Origin: Guillardia theta CCMP2712
Taxonomy: Eukaryota; Protista; Cryptophyta
DNA length: 64,000 nucleotides
NCBI RefSeq assembly: GCF_000315625.1
Contig: NW_005434596.1
Coordinates: 172,360-236,359 of the forward strand
Direction: 5' to 3'
This document shows positions 12,494 to 23,852 of this stretch, one piece after another. Positions within the stretch are counted from its first letter, which is position 1. The number at the start of each line of letters is the position of its first letter. The notes beneath the pieces are model-generated. The model was not told where the DNA came from and searched no databases. It saw nothing but the letters and a program-made list of their open reading frames with translations. Both the position numbers and the translations under genes were made by a program.

Positions 12494-15400
12494 ATGGCGG
12501 GAAGCTCTTCCCCGAAGCGGATCAGAGTGAGTTCGGGATGGTGGCGTATACATGGCGGAGGGGCGAAGGATGGAGGGAGGGAGGAGGGAGATGAATGTCG
12601 CTGCTCCTGATGGTGGCATGCGTTGGGCCGCGCTTGTCACCAAGTTGTATTCAGGCCGTACAAGCAGCAGAGCCTGATGAGCAGATCTGACACCATCTGC
12701 TATGAGCTTTCCTGAGCCGAAGATGAAGGCTGGCTGGCTGGATGAAGAGCGGGAGGTGGTCTCAGGTCCAACGTCAAGCACCGACAGACACCTCAGGGAA
12801 GTCGAAGATGACAGGAGGGACTACCTCTCATCTCAATCTATTCCCCCCGTCGTCCCTCCTTCACTCTCGGCGAGCTCGATGAGGTTCAAGCAGGTCAGGG
12901 CCCCGTCGCTGCATGTAAGTTGATGACTCGATCATGTGCAGGAGCCCGGCGCGTTAGTTTCAGACAGAACAAGAGCTAACGCAAGTGTTGAGCTGACTCG
13001 ATCTTTGTGGGCCGTGAACGTCTTGAATCTCTCATCCTCCTTACCGCAATCCGCAGCTCGAGCTCGCCATGGGACATCAACGGTATTCGATTCTCCAGCA
13101 CGGCGAAAGCAGTGGTTCTAGGGCACAGTGAGCATCAGCATCCGTACTGATATGTTCGAGGCGAACAAGTGTCTGACTCGTTGGATCAGATGGAAGACTC
13201 TTGCCATACTTTGCGGCCCGTATGAAGTTGAAAGCATGAGAGCGGTAGACGCGCTGAGAGCACTGGGCAAGGAAGAACTTGTTGGAGCTCTTGGAGGCGG
13301 ATATAGCGAGATGAGATCTAAGGTTTGATGTGTCTGCTAGAGGTATGTGTTAACTGATACCTGATACCTGCTAGCTCATTGCTGCCTTGTGGTCAAGCAA
13401 GAGTTCTCGAGTTAGACAGAAGATCTGCTATCTTGTACAAGAGTTCGCTTCCGGCCCAGACCGCTCTTTCATTGAGGTTTGAGATAAGCTACTTGCACAC
13501 ACAAACATACAGAGCTAAGTCTTGACAGGAAATGATGATAGCTTGTGAAGATGAAAGCCCTGCCGTGCGAGCAGCTGCAATATCATGTTTGAACAGCCTG
13601 TTGAGTCATGAGGGTGCTGGGGACTTGTGCGTCACTTTCATGTCAAGTGAATAGCGCTGATTTCCAGTTGCAGCTTGCCTCAGGTATTGCCGTTGATAAA
13701 GAAGAGAGTGAGAGACGATAGTGCCGAAGTGAAGAAAGCAGCGCTGATGGCTTTGTCGGTGACTTGCTGATCTGTCAGTTCCTTGAGTGTTGTTGATTGA
13801 GGTGTAAGAACCTAGCTAAAGCCCGAGATGTGTCAACTCTCATGCTGCTGGTTGAATCCGTAGAGAACGTGAACGCTGAGGTCGTGCAAGGGCTTGTCTT
13901 TGCCTGAGTGACCTCTGCCATCCAGGTGAGCAGCACAGCTCAAAGTTCCCTCTTGCAGATCATGAAAAAGGTAATTCCGAGAGGGTTTCTCCTGCCGATT
14001 GAGTTTGAATGATTTTGGTTTACTCAGGATGCTGTGGAGTACAGTCGCATTGAGATGAAGGTAAACTCATCATATCATTTGAGGTCCATCCCTTTGAATC
14101 AAATGCAACAGATGTCTTTAATTACTTTTGTCAAGAGCCTTGCTCATACATACAGAAACGACATGTTGGCGAGATTTGAAAATGCCTTTGGAGAGTTTGA
14201 CATCAACGGGGAAAGAGTAACAGACCCAGAGCGTGTGAGAACAACTCTAGAGGGTGCGATCGGAAACAACATCCACCAACTCGCTGCTCTATCTGACCTA
14301 CTGTCGGAGCCAAACGTAACAAATGCCAGGGGATTGTCAAGGTGACTGACGAAAACTTGAAAGGAAAACATGTCATGGGAAAAGTTTCGAGGATGTCTAG
14401 AGGTGGACGAAGCTGTCGACTGGCACCCGCCTTTGAGGGTCCCGTCCTTGTTCCGACTGCTCTGGTTGATGAGAACTCAAGACTGTCAGTGTTCCATCCA
14501 ACGAGTTGCTTGCTGCATCGAACCCAAGGTAGACGGTGAGCAGCAGGGGGGGAAGGACATTGCCTGTCAAGCGCTCAAGTAGTTGATGCCCGCTGGTTGT
14601 GCCGGACTGAATCGACTCAGGCTGTGGATCTCCTGGTTTGGTTTGCATGATATTCAAAGTCGATGCGATCTGCGGGTATTACCTTGACTAGTCACTGAGT
14701 TGCAATGATTGGTCCTTGCAGCTGCCGGATGGGAGGACCAAGTTGTTTGCACTTGTAGAGGACATGCTGGTTTGTGCTGGTTGATGATGTTTCATTGTAT
14801 GATAGCCATCCAGGTACTCAAAGACGGAGATCGAGAAGCCAGACAAGACGTGCTGTTTGACTTCCTTGGCCGTCCATTAGTTTACAGATCAGAGGATTCT
14901 TGGGCTTGGGCGTATGATTACCTGTTGTGCTTGCCGACGTCTGATCTCCTTCAAGGAACAGAAGGAATTGGCTGTATCAAGGACCCTACAATTATTACGA
15001 TGCTGCTACTGGAGAGCCGATTCTGTCCAGCGATTTCAGCTTCAGCAAATTCTTTGCGATCAGAAGGGAAGGTGATGAACTAGAGATGATAGACAGAAGA
15101 ACGGATGAGGTGTTGTTTTGTTCTCCGATCTTTCCTTTTGATGTCTTTCGTCCTGCAGCGGATCTTTGCGTTTTGGAAGCCGTTGTTTCTGGAATGTGTC
15201 AAAGTATGTGCCTTATGAGGGTTGTTTTGATCTCCGCTTACGACTGACACTCGACGACCATCACAGTCAGAAGTCGACTCAACAGAAGCTGAAGCAGAGT
15301 TTACAGTAGATGTTGAGAGAGACATGTCAAGAGTTGACTTCTCTCAATCAACTTTCTTCGTATACCTTTGGTTGAGGACAACGGAATCCGGCAAGCAGCT

Positions 15401-16426
15401 TATTCAACTACAGGAAAGAGCGGGTTGCATTGTCAAATCGTTTGAGATGATTATCACAACAGGGCTCTTGTGATTTGACGTATGCCATGAAGTTTGGGGC
15501 TGTGAAGGTACGTTGAAGAAAATCCTGAACACATATGAAGCAACACCATGAAGATGTGCGAAGCGACTGAGGAGGAAGAGGATCAAACTTGGTCCACCTG
15601 CGATATGGCAATGTCAGACATGGAGGACAGCATCGGCAGTTCTACCAGAGAGCTGTGCGACTCTGAGCTGATGGGCGTGAAGTATCGAGCAGCTCACTTG
15701 GATTGCTCTTGTTGGTTTCAAACAAGGACGAGGATTGCAAGAGCACAGGACAAACTCATCAGAGAGCTTCTGGAGAGGTGATGAGTACATGAAACATGCT
15801 CGTTGGACTCGACTGCTGGCACGCAGTCTTATTTCTTGTGACAGGGTGGGAAGTGAGAACGCAACGATGAGGTTGAGTGTGAGTGAAATAGCTTCTGAAG
15901 CTTCAAAGGTTTGTAAACAAACATGCAGTGCTCGAAAGTCTTGGAGCAAACGGACAAAGACATCCAGCAAAAAATGGTTGCTGGCTTATTCAAGAGGTCT
16001 CTTGTCCACATGTTGATTTGTGATGATGATGGGCATGAGGATGGAGGTGGAGGACAACGATGATGATCAAGACAATGCTGATGACATGTGCTGATGTGCT
16101 GATGCAGACTGAAGGCGGAAACTACTACCTCACACTTTGACATCATGTCTCTGCTCGTCAGATTTGCCTCTGACACCAGCCAGAAGGAAGATATCATACT
16201 TCGAGCACTGGAGATGACCAGACAAGAACTCAAACATGTCAGGGTCGCTGGGCTAGAGCTTCTTGCTAGCTTGTGCGAGCCCAAAGATACTCGACTGAAC
16301 GAGCTGATGTGAGGAAGAAAAGAAAGAGATGTTGAAGACTCGCTGCTCTGACTGCCTTGCAGAAGTCAAATGAGTTGTGATGACGACTATGCCGTGCGAG
16401 CTATAGCCTTCCGACTGAATCATTAG
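12494..16426 (+). CDS. HEAT/ARM-repeat protein, many short exons
   Basis: HEAT-like segments DESPAVRAAAISCL, DDSAEVKKAALMAL, ELKHVRVAGLELLASL and DDYAVRAIA, separated by ~50 nt GT-AG introns. Confidence 0.6.
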
Positions 16427-16622
16427 AAATGTCTGCGATTAACGTTAAAACGATCTGTAAACTTAGCCCACGATGCTTGAGATTCCCTCGACCATTGAAC
16501 CGCACCTCTTTAAATTAGACTACAAAGACTCCAGCTGTTTAGAAGCTCCTTCCAACTCGATCGACCTGGTTGTGAAAGCTCTCCTATTCTTAAGGTGTTC
16601 GTTTGCAAGGGTGTACATTCCA

Positions 16623-17085
16623 TCAGTCATTTATTGACTCGATAAACATCTCTATACACAAGCTTCGTCTACATTCTCTCGACCTACACAATGACATGCT
16701 CTTGCTTCCATTGCATTCCGTCCTACCCCTCCTCGTGTCCCTCGTCCTCGATCCCAACCTCGGAAGTGTAGCGCATCCATTCCTTACGATCAAGCGCCCC
16801 CTCCTGTCCTCGCCGATGTAGTCGCTGGGGCAGCTGGTAGCATAGTCCTCGTCTCGGCTGGCGCTGATGTCGTCTGCCAGCTCCTGGTGCTCGGCTCTCG
16901 ATGGTGTCTTCTCCGACGTCTCCCAGTCTTGCAGGAAAGCAAGCTCGGCCTCATGGGAGTCAAGGAGAGAGAAGTCACAGATGAGGTTGGCGCTGCTGCT
17001 GACGGGGCTCACACAGGCCGAGGAGCCCCATAGCTCGATGAAGGCGCTCATATCTGTTGGTGGCATGCTGTCGCGGCTCGTCATG
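16623..17085 (-). CDS. Hypothetical small protein, left copy in the inverted repeat (MTSRDSMPPTDMSAFIELWG...)
   Basis: Open frame with an ATG and an acidic, protein-like composition; no recognised domain. Confidence 0.4.
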
Positions 17086-19136
17086 GTGCAAGAGTTGTGT
17101 GCGGAGCGACGGTCAAGCTTCTTATGTACGGGAACGGGGGAAATGCACACCCCCTGATGAGGCTCTGTTGGCACCCCGTCTTATCCCCATGAAACCACCC
17201 CACCCTCAGGACCGGCTAGAGGATTCTCCCCGAGTCTGTGGCTCTCTCGGGCGCATCGGTTGTGCTCGAGTCTCACCCGCTGACTAACCGGCGCCGTGCT
17301 GATGCCGTGATCCCGGCCTCGCTTCCCGCTCCACCGGTCCTTGGGAGGTGAGATCTAGACCACCGGGTGGTGTAGGAACCGGAGACATGCTCCAGGGATC
17401 TGGAGGAGCTCGAGGAGGTGCGGTATGACGGTCAACGAGTAAAAAGCTTTTCTCTAACAAAGTCGTTGCGCCATGACCAGCGCCGTGCCGACACGAATGA
17501 CTCGTCAACCTGAAGCGAGAGTGGGTCCCGGACTCAAGTTTCACAAATTGAGTCACGGTACCACGGTACCTCCCATAGCTCGCTCAGAAGTTTTCAAGTC
17601 TATTTATTAGCCTCCTCCTGTTGCTTCCTGTCGTCTACCTTGCCCTCCAGTCAACTCGCCCCATGTCCTTCTTTCCTCACCCGCTCTCTTTCGCCTCTCT
17701 TAGCCTCTCCTCTCAGCTCCAGGGCCCCTCGCGCACCAAGCAGCTCGCCTGTCTCCAGGCGTCCATCCGCCTTATCCAGTCGGGCAAGCCTGTGGTCGGG
17801 GCGACGGGGGACCTGATCCTGATGAGACCGTCTGCTGCTCGAGTGAGGGTCGAGAGCGAGGAGGGAGAAAGCGCGAAGGCCGGGAGGGCAAGACAACAGT
17901 GTATAGCGAGGGCGACATCAACGTGAAGAAGCGAGTATAGGATTGTAATAAGATGTATATCTATGTAAAGGTCTATCGAGAGACAAGTGAGTTGAGTTTC
18001 TTCCCGATGTACAGGCACAGGCCCCTCAAAATCTCTTTCCGTTAGTGCATGCATGCAATCGTGTCGACGTTATTATATGATGATTCCAGCCCTTGTTCCT
18101 TGCAAGATGATGGCGTTTAGATTCTCGGCGCCAGTGTACTCAAGCTCAGTTGTGCCAGTGTATGGAGTAGATTCAAGACTATGCAGGAAAAGCTTAAGAT
18201 TCATTCAACACACATTTACATACTATTGTATCAAAATATTCTACGTAATCGCTTCTTCACGTTGATGTCGCCCTCGCTATACACTGTTGTCTTGCCCTCC
18301 CGGCCTTCGCGCTTTCTCCCTCCTCGCTCTCGACCCTCACTCGAGCAGCAGACGGTCTCATCAGGATCAGGTCCCCCGTCGCCCCGACCACAGGCTTGCC
18401 CGACTGGATAAGGCGGATGGACGCCTGGAGACAGGCGAGCTGCTTGGCGCGCGAGGGGCCCTGGAGCTGGGAGGAGGGGCTAAGAGGGGCGAAAGAGAGC
18501 GGGTGGGTAGGAGGAAAGAAGGACATGGGTGACACAGCAGGACAAGGGCAGGCAGGGAACGAGCAAATGACTTGAGGAAGCTATACAGCAATTCAGCTTT
18601 GGGCAGGCAGGAGGGCGGAGGTGTTCCGGCCGGAAGCAAGCGATGGATTTGAAGCCGTACACGGGAAGCGGAGGAGGATTCGTGGCCTTGCTGACGGGCA
18701 ATAGGACCGTGAGAGCTGCTCTAGCCCTTCGCATCTGGGGGCCAAGAGAGCCAGAGAAGGTTGACATGATAAAGCTTTTTACTCGTTGACCGTCATACCG
18801 CACCTCCTCGAGCTCCTCCAGATCCCTGGAGCATGTCTCCGGTTCCTACACCACCCGGTGGTCTAGATCTCACCTCCCAAGGACCGGTGGAGCGGGAAGC
18901 GAGGCCGGGATCACGGCATCAGCACGGCGCCGGTTAGTCAGCGGGTGAGACTCGAGCACAACCGATGCGCCCGAGAGAGCCACAGACTCGGGGAGAATCC
19001 TCTAGCCGGTCCTGAGGGTGGGGTGGTTTCATGGGGATAAGACGGGGTGCCAACAGGGCCTCATCAGGGGGTGTGCATTTCCCCCGTTCCCGTACATAAG
19101 AAGCTTGACCGTCGCTCCGCACACAACTCTTGCACC

Positions 19137-19598
19137 ATGACGAGCCGCGACAGCATGCCACCAACAGACATGAGCGCCTTCATCGAGCTATGGGGCTCCT
19201 CGGCCTGTGTGAGCCCCGTCAGCAGCAGCGCCAACCTCATCTGCGACTTCTCTCTCCTTGACTCCCATGAGGCCGAGCTTGCTTTCCTGCACGACTGGGA
19301 GACGTCGGAGAAGACACCATCGAGAGCCGAGCACCAGGAGCTGGCAGACGACATCAGCGCCAGCCGAGACGAGGACTATGCTACCAGCTGCCCCAGCGAC
19401 TACATCGGCGAGGACAGGAGGGGGCGCTTGATCGTAAGGAATGGATGCGCTACACTTCCGAGGTTGGGATCGAGGACGAGGGACACGAGGAGGGGTAGGA
19501 CGGAATGCAATGGAAGCAAGAGCATGTCATTGTGTAGGTCGAGAGAATGTAGACGAAGCTTGTGTATAGAGATGTTTATCGAGTCAATAAATGACTGA
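19137..19598 (+). CDS. Hypothetical small protein, right copy in the inverted repeat
   Basis: Near-identical to the left copy (Q/H difference in AFL[Q/H]DWE). Confidence 0.4.
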   Translation: MTSRDSMPPTDMSAFIELWGSSACVSPVSSSANLICDFSLLDSHEAELAFLHDWETSEKTPSRAEHQELADDISASRDEDYATSCPSDYIGEDRRGRLIVRNGCATLPRLGSRTRDTRRGRTECNGSKSMSLCRSRECRRSLCIEMFIESIND

Positions 19599-20553
19599 TT
19601 CAATGCAAAAACTGGCATGCTACTGTAAGTTTTCTTGAATCTCTGAGTTCCAAGAGCTTGAGTCCCAAGAGCTTGAAACGTCAACGCTTTTCCATTCTTC
19701 AGATATGCATACACATGTCAAGATCCTAGAAGTCTAAGGAACTCAGAGGCTAGATTGCAGCAGCTGCTCGGGAAATACCTTCACGACCCTGACGACCGTC
19801 ACCCCCGTTACGGTCGGACTGGCAAAATTCTGATCCGATCAGGCTGCGTCAGTGCCTGGTAGTACTGTTATGTCGAGGTCTCACTGGCTGACAGGCTGAG
19901 AGTCGATCGTCGGAGCTGCTGCTGGCCCTTGATCCACTCAGTCCGCCAGATCCGGGGAGTCCGACCGTCTGACATTACCGTACCGTACGACGGTAAATCA
20001 ATCGGAGAGTCCGTGGCAGTGAGTACGGTAGTACGGTCATGACCGCAAAAGTATCTGCCATCACGGGAAACGTGACAGTGACTCGCGGGCGGGGCCTCAG
20101 AGTCACAGTGCAGGCTTGCCAACCGGGCCGTTGCCACCGGAACGGTGCTCCGACTCAGTCACTACTGTAGGCCGGGCCGCGCTCCTTGACTGAGCCTCCG
20201 ACTCCGAGGGCCCGGCTGACGCACTGTGACAGACGGAGCCTCCGGGTGATGAACTCAGGCCCTCGGAACAGGCCGCCGGGCCGCGGGCTTCGGCTTGCCA
20301 GGACTCTCGCCGGGGCCTCCGGCCCGCGTTTTGCAGCCCAGTGACTCCGAACCGTCCGGAAGTTCGCCGCCGCCGGGCCCCGGGAACTCGGAACTTCGGC
20401 GGCCCGGCGGCGGGCCGGCAACAGTGGACGGTGACGGTGACAGTGAACGGCCGGGCGGGCGGGCCAGTGTTCCTCAGATTAGCTTAAACCATTTTTCTTG
20501 CTTTAAAAATCAGCCAGCCTCCCCCTATTCATTGCAACAGCGGCTCTTCGGCC

Positions 20554-21567
20554 ATGCAGCGCAATATGCTGCTCGTGGGTAGAGCCGCCATGGCCTGTGC
20601 CGCTCTCATACTCTTCACCAGCCTGCTTTCTAAGGTCCTCCATGTTTGATTCCGCCTCTCATGATTCTCTTCTCCACTGCACTCCCATATCCCACTCCTT
20701 TTTCACACTTCCGGCAATTTTTTGATAGTTGCTCGTGACAGGGGGGGCAGAAGTCATCGCTACTGGAGCAGGTGACGATGACATGTTGGCACTCATCGTT
20801 TCTCATATCTTGGCATGCAGAAGTCGGCGGGTGCAGAGTTCCAGGAGCTCTTCATTGTACCAGAGGCAAACGTTCTCACTGGAGCAGGCCAGCGCCCCGT
20901 TTCTCACCATGTGAAGAAGGGACCCAGTGCAGCATCAACTTCGTCACAGCATGTGAGTCGCAGATTCATGAGATCTGCAGATCTGCTCACATGGTGGTTC
21001 AGGCTGCTCATGCTGTGAGCAAGGGGAGTGCACACAAGGCGGCACCTGCCCCCAAACCAGTTGCGAAACCATGGACGAAAGCTCAGATGCAGGTGGCTCA
21101 GAATGTGAGGAAGGCGATGATGAGCCAGCACGAGTCCTTAGAGAAAGCTGCACGCGATAGCGCAGAGAAACAGTACTGGAGCCGCATCAAGGCTTCACTC
21201 GCTCATGAGAGACATAGACTGCGTGGGTTCAGGGGCAGGGAAGCCATGTACCAAGCTAGGAAGGCTCTGCAGGATGAAGAAGCTTCTGATGCAGACCTTG
21301 CGATCACCAAGACCAGACAGCAGAAACTTCGCAACAAGATAGACGAGATGTCGTCGGAGAAGGCAAGATCCTTTCATCCCCTTTCCGCGTGTGACACATT
21401 AGAGCAGAGGCAGGAAGACGAGGACGCTTACCATGCTATCGAGAGCCATAGGATCGACTACACCAAGTGTGGAGATGCATGCAAGACTGCAAGTCGCATC
21501 GTAGCGGGTGAGATCGTTTGTTGAACTGAAATGCCTCGTTCCTCAGTAGTGTACCGCAGGTAACTGA
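20554..21567 (+). CDS. Hypothetical protein with an N-terminal hydrophobic signal/anchor and a coiled coil
   Basis: MQRNMLLVGRAAMACAALILFTSLLSK start; the spliced continuation runs into the 20772..21524 ORF (charged helical region). Confidence 0.55.
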
Positions 21568-22099
21568 GTACCAGACCTTTACTCCGTACCCTCCTTATTT
21601 ACATGTAATCTCTATCATCGTTGGGCGTACCCCAGACACCATAATTTGAATAACACGGACTGTTCCGTGAGTTACTTTAAGCAGCCTTCAGTAAACGTTT
21701 TCACGAGTATGTCTGGAACGAGTGACAGGTTACCTCATCAGTGCGTGGAGGCATGTGTCAAAGGTAGACGCGTGTGCACATGTCTTCATCGTGCTCCTTC
21801 TCCCTGCACGAGCCTCGTCAGTCAGTTTCCAATCGTTTGGTAGCGAAGGCACCAGTTTGTTCGGCAGTTGTCATGGTGTTTCACAACCGCGTCGTCCGCC
21901 CCGATCCTACCTTTCTGTCGAGAGATGTTAAAAAAATGCTCCGAGGCCATTCTGAGGAAGACCTCAAAGACTTCTTGTTCCAACAAGGATTGTTCTGCCT
22001 CCGACCTGAGCAGAGCTCGTGATCATCGAACAAGAGACGACACAAAAAATCGTGTCGGATGAAATGTTCAGTGGAGTGGACACAACCTACACCGCAATT

Positions 22100-23748
22100 T
22101 GGCACGTCTCACGCAAGAATGTACCTGCTTGAGAGATTTTTCTTCTTTCTCACTTCGTTCTGCATTCTTGAAAGCTTGAAAGGGAATCAGAGCTCGCGAG
22201 ATGTACATAAGCATATATCTATACCATCCTTGCAGCTTCGAAACTCAATTCATCGACGGGCGAAATGTCTGCCTACAATGCAAGCTGAGCCTCAAGCAAT
22301 AGGTTTTCAATCTCCCCCACATGGTTCACCACAATGGGGCTCGCTCCATGCTCCAGCAGAAGCTGGATAGTGCTCCAGGCCAGTTCGTTGTTGAGGGATG
22401 AATCTTTGAGAATCTCGCACGCGAAGTGGAAGGTGGTATTGCCTTCCCTGATACAATCTCAGCATGCCAGCACTAGATGCAGCAGGAGCTCACAGGTCAC
22501 GACCGTGCACATCTGCTCCTCGTTGAAGCAGAGCTTGCAAGATCGACAAAGATCCGATTCTTGTTGCTCTGATGTCAAGTATGAGCTGATAGCAAACAGC
22601 GGCCAAGGTTTGACGCACAGGATCAGCGGTGTGCTTCCTGTACTGTCGCCATCGTTGATTGGCATCTACAGCTGGAGTGAGCGTGAAGGTGAGAGGCGAT
22701 ACGAGTCTACCCCATACTCGTCCAGTAGCATCTCCACGATGTTGGTGCGATTTTTCATGCATGCTGTCACGGAAGTCAAATCAAGAAGGCGCAGGGAGGG
22801 CAAGGTACCGAAATGCAGCAATGAATGCCGGTATTCGTTGGTCCTTATGTTCAAGAGGCATTCCTCCCCTAGAGGGAATCTTATCACTCTCAGCTCTTCT
22901 CACCAGGTCCTTCATCCTCGTACCTCGGTTCTGGCATGCTTGCAGCAACACCTTCAATACGCTCAAGCTCCCGCTGCTGCGGGTTGCATCAGTCGCTACC
23001 CGCTATCATGCAACTTTGAATGCCTTGTCGCGCAGTGCGCTGCTGTCCAGCCCATAGAATCTTGACTGCAGTCATGTTCTCAGAGGAGAAATTGTATCAC
23101 AAGAGACATCGTATGAGATGAGGCATTGAACGAGAAAAGCTTACATGGTTATGTCTGCTCCGCAACTCAACAGATTCTCGACAACTCGCTCGTTCCCAAC
23201 AGTGCTGGCCCAATGCAAAGCTGTCCTTCCATCTTCATCTCGTGCGTCCGGGCCTGATTCCTCTACCACTGGGAAGGAAGCAGACTGGTCATAACAGCTC
23301 ACTACATCTTATCTTCAATCTCTCTTACATCTCATCACGGTATCCTCGTCTCCCACTCTCGCAGCTGCCCACACCTGCATGCGGTCAGAGCGAGTTCCCC
23401 GGAAAGGGTGAGAGTGGTTATGTACCGAAGGCTCTCCCATGTTGTAGGACTTGCGATGTCAAGATGTCAGACTCTTGATAACACACACTAAAGTCTCGTT
23501 AAACTTACATACTCCCAGGATCTGTTATACTCCCCTCCACCGTGTAGGCGGAGAGGTCGAGGGATGGCAGGAGGGAGCTGGAGTCCGGAGACGAGGGAGG
23601 AGGAGAGAGAGCAAGATGAGGTGCAAGGAGGAGGGAAAGGAGAGTGTGTTGCTCTAGCTCTAGCCGTCGTCTTACTGCTCGTCGTAGCTTGAGGAGGAAA
23701 CAGCATAGCGAGTCCGAACAGCATTGCGACCACCCGCGATCCTGCCAT
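22100..23748 (-). CDS. Ankyrin-repeat protein with a putative signal peptide
   Basis: Minus-strand exons read RDEDGRTALHWASTVGNERVVENLLSCGADI, QDSMGWTAAHCA, NRTNIVEMLLDEYGVD, INDGDSTGSTPLIL, SILQALLQRGADVHGRD and GNTTFHFAC. N-terminus is MAGSRVVAMLFGLAMLF. The 3' end is approximate. Confidence 0.8.
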
Positions 23749-23852
23749 GGCGCCCAACTCTGAAACTTTCAAACTTCGAAGACTCGCTGCAAGTCAATCC
23801 CCATCTGAAAACTTTCAAACTTAAAACTTGCTTTCCGACCCTGGGGCATGTA
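23749..23852. promoter_or_regulatory. Very short bidirectional promoter region with a duplicated CTGAAA(A)CTTTCAAACTT motif
   Basis: About 104 bp separate the divergent ATGs (23748 minus, 23853 plus); direct repeat at ~23760-23776 and ~23805-23822. Confidence 0.5.

Larger units (their letters stand above)
16622..19599. repeat. Large interrupted inverted repeat: outer arms 16622-17450 / 18771-19599; inner arms ~17660-17934 / ~18249-18529
   Basis: The arms are near-exact reverse complements. ORFs 16623..17174(-) and 19047..19598(+) differ at two residues, and ORFs 17621..17926(+) and 18257..18535(-) are near-identical. Confidence 0.95.

Noticed and set aside
16622-19599. Autonomous DNA transposon with long TIRs
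   Set aside because: No transposase-like ORF lies between the arms and no target-site duplication is evident; kept only as an inverted duplication.
21700-22030. Small plus-strand ORF fragments (VVRPDPTFLSRDVKKMLRGHSEEDLKDFLFQQG)
   Set aside because: Could be a tiny gene, but there is no recognisable domain or reliable exon structure.
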